Shown: positions 47,686 to 59,600 of the stretch, in pieces
How positions within the stretch are numbered: the stretch's first letter is position 1
Layout: every line of letters starts with the position of its first letter
From: a virus
Lineage: Duplodnaviria > Caudoviricetes
Virus record (IMG/VR): IMGVR_UViG_3300042451_000960
Length of the DNA stretch: 64,000 nt
Reading direction: 5' to 3' (one strand)
Translations under genes and position numbers: made by a program
Notes under the pieces: generated by a model
Seen by the model: only the letters and a program-made list of their open reading frames with translations
What the model was told of the DNA's origin: nothing
Database searches by the model: none

Positions 47686-50600
47686 TTAGCTCATATTTGC
47701 TGCTGATAGGAATCCCCAATAGTTACTTCCTGCATCATAAGTATAAAATACTAAAATATCTGTACCAGAAGTTGTTAATGTTGGAGCAACTCCATTAGCC
47801 CAATTTATTGATGCTGGCCATGTTATTGTATATGCTCCGCCATTTACGGATACCAATGTAAATCCAAATGCATTGGATGCTGGTGGATTACTTAATGTAA
47901 TAGTTGCATTTCCATTAAATTGTCTTCTAAAGTTATTTGCTGTTGCTAAATCTATTGTAACACTACCACCCGTTCCTAAATCCGAATATGTTTCACGATA
48001 AGTTGTTGATGTAATATTTGTTGTAGCGTTTATTCCACCAGTTACTGAAAGTGTAGTTCCATCAAATGTTAAATTAGCTTCAACTTGTCCAGCCCCAGTT
48101 GAATTTATGTAAGTTAATACACCATTATCAGTTGTTCCAGTTAATCCTAAGAATCCGCTTGAGCCACTACTTCCGCTTGTACCACTTGAGCCATCAGAAC
48201 CAACAGTACCATTAATTCCACTACTTCCGCTTGTGCCACTTGAACCAGATGAACCTGAGCTTCCAAAGAATGTACCATTAAGACCAGAAGTTCCGCTTGA
48301 GCCGCTTGTACCTGATGTTCCAGCTCCAGAAGTACCGCTTGAGCCGCTTGAGCCACTGCTTCCAAAGAATGTACCATTAAGACCAGAAGTTCCGCTTGAG
48401 CCACTTACGCCGCTTGTGCCCGATGTACCAGCTCCAGAAGTACCACTACTACCCGATGAACCAGATGAACCGAAGAATGTACCATTAAGACCGCTTGTAC
48501 CAGAAGTTCCCGATATGCCACTTGTGCCGCTTGTACCAGAACCACTTGTACCACTTGAGCCGCTTGAACCACTACTTCCAAAGAATGTTCCATTAAGACC
48601 GCTTGAGCCGGATGTACCTGCTGTGCCAGTTTGACCGCTTGTACCGCTTGTACCACTTTCTCCACTTGTACCACTTGAGCCTGATGAACCAAAGAATGTA
48701 CCATTAAGACCCGAACTACCAGAAGAACCGCTAGAGCCGCTTGTACCAGCCGAACCCGATTCTCCAGACGTACCCGATGTTCCCGAACTTCCAAAGAATG
48801 TTCCGTTAAGACCAGAACTACCAGATGTACCAGCTGAGCCCGTAGTACCTGCTGAACCAGTTAAACCGCTTGTACCACTTTCTCCGCTTGTGCCGCTTGT
48901 ACCACTACTTCCAAAGAATGTACCATTAAGACCAGATGTACCTGATGTGCCCGCTGTGCCAGAACTACCATCATCTCCTGATGTTCCATTTAATCCGCTT
49001 GAACCGCTTGTGCCGCTTGTACCACTTGAACCCGAACTTCCAAAGAATGTTCCGTTTAATCCCGAAGTACCAGAAGAACCGCTAGAACCATCTGTGCCCG
49101 TTGAACCGGATGAGCCGCTTAATCCAGAAGTTCCTGAAGAACCAAAATAAGTACCATTTAAGCCGCTTGAGCCGCTTGTACCTGATGTTCCTCCACTACC
49201 ACTTGAGCCTCCACTTCCTGTCGTACCATCCGTGCCATTTTGTCCAGATGTACCGCTTGTACCGCTACTTCCAGATGAGCCCGATGAGCCAAAGAATGTA
49301 CCATTTAAGCCGCTTGTACCAGAAGTTCCTGTTGTACCGGATGAGCCGCTCGAGCCGCTTGAACCACTTGAGCCGCTTGTACCGCTACTTCCAAAGAATG
49401 TACCATTTAAGCCGCTTGTACCAGATGTACCTGCCGTACCACTTGAGCCATCAGAACCAGTTGAGCCGCTTGTTCCATCATTACCCGATGTACCAGAACT
49501 TCCAAAAAATGTACCATTAAGACCAGATGTACCGTTTGAGCCATTTACTCCCGATGTTCCATCTGAACCAGAACTTCCTGATGAACCCGATGTACCGCTT
49601 GAGCCACTTATTCCAGACGTACCACTTGAACCCGATGAACCACTACTTCCAAAGAATGTTCCGTTCACACCGGATGTACCAGATGAGCCGGATGAGCCAT
49701 CCGTTCCGCTTGAACCCGAACTGCCAGATGTTCCTGAAGAACCAAAGAATGTACCGTTTGCACCAGACGTACCAGAAGAACCCGCTGAGCCTGTTGTACC
49801 ACCACTTCCGCTTGAGCCGCTTGAACCACTACTTCCGCTTGAGCCAGAAAAACCTGAACTGCCACTTGTACCATCAGAACCTGAGCTACCACTTGTACCT
49901 GCCGAACCCGTTGTGCCGCTTGAACCCGATGAACCACTACTACCATCTTGTCCGCTTGAGCCGGATGTACCATTACTACCACTAGTACCATCACTACCAG
50001 TTGAGCCACTTGAGCCGCTTGTACCATGCGAGCCATTTGTTCCGCTTGAACCCGATGAACCGCTACTACCATTTTGTCCGCTTGAACCCGATGAACCACC
50101 GCTACCAGATGTACCACCACTACCGCTTGAGCCGCTTGAACCCGAAGTACCTGCACTACCACTACTACCAGATGAACCCGAAGAGCCGCTTGAGCCGGAT
50201 GTACCACCGCTTCCGCTTGTGCCACCAGAACCGCTTGAGCCACTGCTTCCGCTTGTACCATCTGAACCAGTTGTGCCGCTTGAGCCACTGCTTCCGCTTG
50301 TACCACTTGAGCCATCAGAACCCGATGAGCCACTTGTACCCGATGTACCGCTTGAACCTGCTGAGCCTGTTGTGCCAGAAGAACCCGAACTACCGCTTGA
50401 GCCGCTTGTGCCAGAAGAACCCGATGTACCACCACTTCCGCTTGTGCCAGAACTGCCGCTTGAGCCGCTTGTACCAGCAGAACCTGTTGTACCACTCGAG
50501 CCACTTGAACCAGACGAACCCGAACTACCATCCGAGCCGCTTGTACCAGAAGTTCCTGAACTTCCGCTTGTGCCTGCTGAGCCTGTTGTGCCGCTTGAAC

Positions 50601-53600
50601 CGGATGTACCATCTAATCCATCACTACCAGAACTACCTGAACTACCATCTGAGCCCGATGAACCAGATGAACCGCTTGAGCCACTTATACCGCTTGAGCC
50701 GCTTGAACCACCAGTACCAGCTGTACCAGATGTGCCATCTTCTCCCGAAGTGCCAGACGTACCACCACTACCACTACTTCCGCTTGAGCCGCTTGAGCCG
50801 GATGAGCCGGATGAGCCACTACTTCCACTACTTCCGCTTGAGCCATCAGAACCCGATGAGCCTGATGTACCGCTACTTCCACTACTTCCGCTTGAGCCAT
50901 TAGAACCTGTTGTACCGCTTGAACCACTACTTCCAGAAGAACCCGAAGAGCCGCTTGAACCGGATGAGCCGGATGAGCCACTACTTCCGCTTGAGCCGGA
51001 TGAGCCGGATGAACCGCTTGAGCCTCCACTTCCACTACTTCCGCTTGAGCCACTGCTTCCGCTTGAACCACTACTTCCAGAAGAACCCGATGAACCGCTT
51101 GAACCAGATGAACCGCTTGAGCCACTACTTCCAGAAGAACCTGAAGAGCCGCTTGAACCACTACTTCCACTACTACCGCTTGAGCCACTGCTTCCGCTTG
51201 AACCGGATGAACCAGATGTGCCAGCTGAACCTGCAGACCCACTACTACCGCTTGAGCCGCTTGTACCTGCAGTACCACCAGAACCAGCAGTACCAGTAGA
51301 ACCTGATGAGCCACTACTTCCGCTTGAGCCTGATGAACCACCACTACCGCTTGAGCCACTGCTTCCGCTTGAACCGGATGAACCGCTTGTGCCGCTTGTA
51401 CCGCTTGTACCAGCAGAGCCGCTCGTACCGCTTGTACCCGATGTGCCACTTGAACCGCTTGAACCACTACTTCCAGATGAGCCCGAAGAACCAGAACTGC
51501 CGCTTGAACCAGATGAGCCCGATGAGCCGCTTGAGCCACCACTTCCACTTGAACCTGATGAACCGCTTGAGCCGCTTGAACCACTACTTCCACTACTTCC
51601 AGATGAACCCGAAGAACCACTTGAGCCGCTTGAACCACTACTACCACTACTTCCAGATGAACCCGAAGAGCCAGAGCTTCCAGATGAACCTGAAGAGCCG
51701 CTTGAACCACTACTTCCACTACTTCCGCTTGAGCCGCTTGAGCCGGATGTACCTTCCGAACCCGTTGTACCACTTGAGCCGCTTGAGCCACTACTTCCGC
51801 TTGAACCTGATGAACCTGAGCTACCACTTGAGCCGCTTGAACCACTACTTCCACTACTGCCGCTTGTGCCAGCAGAACCAGAAGAGCCGCTCGTACCGCT
51901 TGTGCCAGAAGAGCCCGAACTACCGCTTGAGCCGCTTGTACCGGATGTGCCAGATGTGCCACCACTTCCGCTTGTACCAGAACTGCCGCTTGAGCCGCTT
52001 GTACCACTACTTCCGCTTGAGCCGCTTGAGCCATCAGTTCCAGAAGAACCCGATGTACCACTTGAACCGCTTGAGCCGGATGAGCCGCTTGTGCCAGACG
52101 AACCGGATGAGCCACTTGAGCCGGATGTACCTCCTGTGCCAGCAGTTCCCGAACTACCGCTTGTACCATCTACGCCCGATGTACCCGCTGCCTGTTGTAC
52201 GTTTCTAGCTTCTAATTTTTTTGTTGTTGGATTCCATGTTACAACTAAATCGGATGCCGATGATGTATATGGAGTTCCCCAATATATACTCCCACTAACT
52301 CCTAAGCTTCCACTTATTGTTAAGTTAGCGTTTATTGTAGAATCTTTGTTTACTTGTAAGAAAGATGCCGTATTCACACCTTCCGCATTTAGAGCGTACA
52401 ATGCATATGATGCGGTAAATGCTAATGAAGCAGTACCAACAGTCATTGATGCTGTTTGTGAATTAAGAACAAAGTTTGATGTATCTACATTTGATGCATT
52501 TTGTGCAAATAATGCGTAAGATGATGTTTCTGCAAAATATGAATAAGATGATGTTACTGCAAATGATGCAGTACCAACAGTCATTGATGCAGTTTGTGAG
52601 GCCTGAACAAACAATGATGTATCAACATTTGCCGCATTTGCTGCAAATAAAGCGTAAGATGAAGAAAGTGCGTAAGATGCACTTAACACCGTCATTGATG
52701 ATGTCTGGTCATTCTTTACATAATCTGCTAAATTAAGATTTGTAATAGAAGATGATAAGAATGCTAATGAAGCCGAATCAAATCCTGCAACATTACCAGC
52801 ACTATCAGCAAATATTGCATGAGATGCGGAAAGTACAGTTCCAAATACTCTATCACCATTTATAGTACCACTAATTAGAGAACCACCACTACCAATTACA
52901 ACATGTCCAGAAGTTACTCCAGCAAATTTAATATTTATTGTATTTTTATCAATTGATTTAATTGTACCAGGTAATATTTGGTCTTCAGAACCAGTTGCGT
53001 AAACCTGAACCATTGGATACAAAATATCCAAATTATGTACAATTGTTAAATCACTTACATTACTAAATGCTACAGTTTCAGTTAATGATGATTCAGGTTG
53101 AGGTATAAAATATCCTTGAGTTGTATTATATCTTAAAATATCGTATTCTGCGGATGCGGTAGGCCCTACTCCTTGGAAATTATATGTTCCTAAGAATGAA
53201 CCTGTAAATAAATGTGCTTTTATTGTGTTGGATGCTGTAATCGTATTTCCAACATATAAGTTGCCCCAAATAGATGCCGATGTATTTACTACAAACCCTT
53301 TATCCGGCGAAATTGATGCGGTAAACGAACCACTCTTTAATAAGAATGCATCAAATGCTAAATTAGCAATTGTAATATTATTTAATCCACTACCATCACC
53401 AATGAATATAGAACCTGATTGAGCTATTACATTTCCACCACTAACAAATATACTTCCACTTACAGTTAACGAACCAGAGTGAATTCTAGTATTTGTATTA
53501 ATATCCAATAAAGTTGGAGAAATAACTGCTCTCGCAGAACCTGATTCAATTCTATCTAATTTAAGGTCTTGTAGAGCGTTTGCTGGGATATTAAATAATC

Positions 53601-56600
53601 CACCACCATCACCACGATAAAGTGCTGCTGTAATTGGTGTGTTTACTTCTAATGTATCCGGAGATTGTATTGCTCTACCAGAACCAGATTGAATTCTATC
53701 TAATTGTAAATCTTCTAAAGCTGATAGTGGAATATCAAATAATTGTGCACCACTACCACTAAATACTGAACCAGATGCTACCCTAACATCACCAAAGAAG
53801 AACGAACCACTTTCTATTGAAGTTACTATAAATCCTTGATTTGGTGCTACCGATGCAGTTACCGAACCACTTTGAATTCTTGGTGCTGCTGCAGCTTGTA
53901 CGTTTGTAATTTGAGAACCATCACCAATAAAGGCAAAAGCAGTAACACTACCACTTACGTCTATTGAACCCGTAAACTGAGAACCGATTTGAGAACCTGT
54001 TGCTGTTGTTTGTACTCTAAATCCAAAGTTTGGTGATACAGATGCTGTTACACTACCACTTGAAATTCTTGGTGCCGCTTGTGCCGTTACGTTTGTAATA
54101 AATGTACCATCACCAATAAGGAATTGTGCAGTAACACTACCACTTACGTCTATTGAACCAGTAAATTGAGAACCAATTTGAGAACCCGTTGCTAATGTTT
54201 CTACTCTAAATCCAAAGTTTGGTGAAACGGATGCCGTTACCGAACCACTTTGAATTCTTGGTGCAGCTTGTGCCGTTACGTTTGTTAAGAATGTACCATC
54301 ACCATAAATAAAGTTAGTAACATATAATGAACCGCTAACACCAACACTACCAGTAAATTGAGAACCAATTAATCCACCTGTAAATGGTGTATTTACAATA
54401 AATCCATCAGGACTTACTGAAGCTGTTACAGAACCGCTTGATAATCTTAATGATTCTATTGAAGAACTTGCAAATTGAATGTTTGTTATAAAAGTACCAT
54501 CACCAATAAAAGATGAACCACTTTCAACAACAACATTACCACCAGTTACGAATAAGCTACCACTAAATTGTGCCGGTCCTATGTTTCTAAATGTAGATGA
54601 TGATGAAACTATCAATGAACCAGTTACTCTTAACTCACCATTTATATCTACATTATTTTGGAATTGTGCACCACTTACTAAAAGGTCACCATCAATTCTA
54701 ACATCACCAAAGAAATCAGAACCACTATCTATTGATTCTACTCTAAATCCATATGCAGGACTTACAGATGCGGTTACACTACCACTTGCTATTCTAAATG
54801 CATCTCCTGTTAAATTAGAGAATGGTATTTCAAATAATCCTTTACCACTACCACTAAAGTATGAACCAGTTTCTAATTGAACAACACCACCATATCCACC
54901 ACTAATGAATAATGAACCACTAATCTCTTGCTTATCACTTTCACTATCACCAAATTTATTAGAACCAGATGAATAAATTATTGATGAAGAAATATATTGT
55001 GCAAATAACTCAGTTGTTACTATTTTTCCACCTACATAAAGGTCATTTTGTATATTTGCCGAACCAGTTATACCAACATATCCAATTACATCTAAGTTTG
55101 TTAGTATAGAAGATTGTGATACAAATAATCCACCACTAATTTGTGCATCTGCATTGACTAAAAATCCAAAATTTGGCGATACTGATGCAGTAACACTACC
55201 ACTTGCTATTCTAGATGCATCTCCAGTTAAATTTGAAAAAGGAATATCTCTCAAATCTCTACCACTACCACTAAATGCCGATGCCGAAACTACAGTATTA
55301 ACTTCCAATCCTTTATCAGGAGAAATTGATGCTGTTGCTGAACCACTAGCTATTCTGAATACATCTTGTGCAAGTGCGGAAATTGGAATATCATAAAGTC
55401 CTTTACCGCTACCAGTAAACATTGAAGCAGAAACATAAGATGAAACACTTAGACTTCCTGTTATTTTTGTATTACCTATAAAATCAAGTCTACCTTCATC
55501 AATTACTAAAGCATCGGTTAAATTCATTATTCCACTCATTCCGGAATGGAATTGGCAAATATAATATAATGTAGATGGAGAGCCAGATGGTGGAGTGAAC
55601 GTAATAACACCCACATCATCACCATTATTTATTACCCCATCGTTATATGAATTGGTTGGTCCAGAAACCTGTATAGTTTTTATCCAGAAAGGATGTCCAC
55701 TTGCATTTACATTAAATGTATAAGTTGCCCCTCTTAGTAATGTTAATGTTGGATTTGAACCTGTTGCTGCTCCACTAAATGTATATGCACTAGCACCATT
55801 ATTACTAACATTAAATGTTCTAAATTCTTCACCCAATGCACTTCCACTATAAATTAATGTGTTAGATGCAGATACTAATAAACTTCCTGTAATTTTTGAG
55901 AATGTATTTACTTCAAATCCTTTGGTTGGGGATATTGAGGCAGTTGCACTTCCACTTGCTATTCTAAAGGCATCACCACTTAGTGCAGATTGTGGAATAT
56001 CAAATAGTCCAATACCACTACCAGAATAAAATACTGATGATGAAAGAACAATATTAACATTTACTTCTAAACCTTTATCAGGAGATATTGATGCTGTTGC
56101 TGAACCACTAAATATTTTGGAAAGGTCTAAGTCTTTAATTGCTGTTTTTGGAATATCAAATAATCGTTCACCACTACCACTAAATGAAGAACCAGAAGAT
56201 AATTCAATTCCTTTTGCTCCACTTACAAATAATGAACCTGTAATTTGTGAGCCAAACTCAGATGATTCTACTCTAAAACCTTCGGTTGGTGATACGGATG
56301 CCGTTACACTACCACTTGCTATACGGAATGAATCTCCCGTAAATGCGGAACGAGGTATATCATATAAACCAGCACCACTACCAGTAAACATTGAAGCGGA
56401 TACTGGAAATAAGAATGTTGAAAAAGTATTTACTCTAAATCCTTGAGCCGGCGATATGGATGCAGTTGCTGAACCAGAGAATATTAATGATGTATCTAAA
56501 TCAGATATTGCTGACTTTGGAATTTCTCTTAGGTATCTACCTTCTCCATAATAAGAAGAACCTGTTGCTAATTGTAATGAACCACTATAAGGATTTACAA

Positions 56601-59600
56601 ATAAACTACCACTAATATTAACCGAACCTGTAAATTGCGAACCACTTGCTAATGATTCTACTTTAAATCCAAAATCAGGACTTACAGATGCTGTTACTGA
56701 ACCGGATTTTATTTCCGTTGTAACCAATGCATCTTCGGTAAGTGCTGAACGAGGTATATCTTTTAAGCCAGCACCACTACCACTAAAGAATGAACCTGTT
56801 GCTACTTGAACGATACCACTAACAATTACAGAACCTGTGAATTGAGAGCCACTACCCAAAGATTCCACTCTAAATCCAAATTCAGGTGTAACAGACGCTG
56901 TTACAGAACCCGTTGCTATTGATGTTAATTCGAATGATAATGCTGAACGAGGTATATCTTTTAAGCCAGCACCACTACCACTAAAGAATGAACCAGTTGC
57001 AGCTTGTATATTTCCGCTTACAATTAATGAACCTGTAAATTGCGAACCACTTGCTAATGATTCTACTTTAAATCCAAAATCAGGAGATACCGATGCAGTT
57101 GCACTACCACTAGCAATTCTAAATACTTCTTGAGAAAATGCTGATATAGGAATATTAAATAAATCTCTACCACTACCACTAAATGCTGATGCGGATACTA
57201 CGGTATTTACTTCTAAACCAAAATCAGGAGAAATAGATGCGGTTGCTGAACCACTTGCTATTCTATTAATTTCGAAAGCTAATGCAGATTGTGGTATATC
57301 AAATAATTGTGCACCACTACCACTAAATGAAGAACCAGATGCTACTCTAATATCACCTTTAACTTCCAAACTTCCAGTTACTTCTTGCTTATCGGTAGCG
57401 CTGTCACCAAATTTGTTTGAACCAGAAGAGTAAATTATTGAAGATGAAATATATTCTGCAATTAATTCAGTTGTTACTATTTTTCCATCAACATATAAAT
57501 CATTAGTTATACGTTGACTACCTTTAACCCCAACAGAACCAGTAACTTCCAATCCTTGCAATTTAGAAGAAGCAGATACATATAATCCACCCTCAATTGT
57601 TGCATTTGAATTAACATAAAATCCAACATTAGGACTTACGGATGCTGTTACTGAACCAGAAACTAATTTAGATGCTTGCTCAATTTGTAAATTGAATAAT
57701 CCACTACCATCACCTCTAAATAATGAAGCGGTCATTATACCAAGTGCTTTAACATCTTCTATTGTTGTAATAGAATTTGTTACAAACAAATATCCATTTA
57801 TTGTAGTAAATGTAGTTACTTCAAATCCTTTTTGCGGTGATATTGAAGCAGTTGCCGAGCCACTTGCTATTCTAAATGCTTCAGTTGCTAATGCTGATAA
57901 TGGAATATCAAATAATCCAGCACCACTACCACTAAATTTAGAAGCAGATACTAAAGTGTTTACAACTAAACCAGTTCCTAATATAAACGATGCTGAAAAA
58001 CTTGCACTTTCTAATAAGTAAGATTTCCCGGCTAATTCACTTAACTGAATATTATTGATATATCTACCATCGCCAATAAAGTAAGAACCACTTATTATAC
58101 TCACACTACCACTTACGTCTATTGAACCAGTAAATTCAGAACCACTAAGTGCTGAAATTACTTTAAATCCAACTTCAGGTGATACGGATGCTGTCACACT
58201 TCCACTAGCAATTCTTGGAACATCTCCAGTAAATGCTGAGAATGGAATATTAAATAATCCACCACCATCACCTCTAAACAATGATGCACTTAACGAACCA
58301 CTTATTTCAACTGAACCAGTAAATTCAGAACCACTCAATGCGGAATCAACTACAAATCCTTTATCCAATGAAACAGAAGCTGTAATACTTCCTGTTGCTA
58401 TTCTAAATGCCTCATTTGCTAATGCATTTAATGGTATATTAAATAACCCAGCACCACTACCAGAATAAAATACAGATGCCGATAATACTACATTTGTATT
58501 TATTTCCAATCCTCTTTCCGAAGATATAGAAGCTGTTGCGCTTCCACTTGCTATTAAATTAGAAACTAATGCATCCGGTGCTAATGCTGAACGAGGAATA
58601 TCTAATAATCCTCTACCACTACCACTAAAAAATGAACCAGTTGCTACCTGTATGTTTCCGCTTACAATTAACGAACCCGTAAATTGAGAACCGCTCTCTA
58701 ATGATTCTACTTTAAAACCAAAATCAGGAGAAACCGAAGCAGTTACACTACCACTTGATATTTTAGTGATTTCAAAAGCTAATGCAGATTGTGGAATATC
58801 AAATAATCCAATACCACTACCAGAGAAAAATCCAGCACCTTTTGGTATGAATATACTACCACTTACATCAATTGAACCTGTAAATTCCGAACCACTTGCT
58901 AAAGATTCAACTTTAAATCCAAATTCAGGTGATACAGATGCTGTTACACTTCCTGTTGAAATTTTAGTAATTTCAAAAGATAAAGCAGATTGTGGAATAT
59001 CAAATAAATCTCTACCACTACCACTAAAGAATGATGCTGATACTTTGTTTAATATAGATGAGCCTGTTACAATTAGAAAATCTCTTATCGTAACACCAGT
59101 ATTTACCAACAAACCAGTATTAGGTGCTATTGAAGCAGTTGCAGAACCACTTGCTATTCTATTAATTTCAAATGAAAGAGCCGCTTGTGGGATATTAAAC
59201 AATCCTTCACCACTACCAGAGAAAAATCCACTACCAGAAGGGATTGAAATACTACCACTTACATTTATTGAACCTGTAAATTGAGAACCACTTTCTAATG
59301 ATTCCACTCTAAATCCAAAGTTTGGTGATACAGATGCTGTTACACTACCACTAGCTATTCTAGGTGCTACTGTTGATGGTACATTTGTTAATTGTGAACC
59401 ATCTCCAACAAAAAATCTTGCAAATATCGATTCTGATACAAATAAGCTACCTGTTATTCTACTATCTACATTTACAACAAATCCGTTATCAGGTGCTATT
59501 GATGCTGTTGCTGAACCACTAAATATTTTTGTAGAATCTATGGATAAATTTGCTAATGAAATGTTTGTCAATCCACTACCGTCACCATAAAAGAATGAAC

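Noticed and set aside
48260-49765. CRISPR-like array of ccaaagaatgtaccattaagacc repeats with variable spacers
   Set aside because: Repeats vary at synonymous positions, stay in frame within the fibre CDS, spacers are themselves GSS repeats of uneven length, and no cas genes are present.
49665-52208. Alternative-frame VQAA-rich and RLSH-rich ORFs
   Set aside because: Off-frame products of the 9-nt periodic repeat.
49232-52519. 1095-aa plus-strand PLEPLEPD-rich ORF (and similar ORFs at 42965..43951, 44441..44785 and 48233..48634)
   Set aside because: Antisense shadow of the GSS codon repeats; its limits coincide with the repeat tracts and it has no promoter context.
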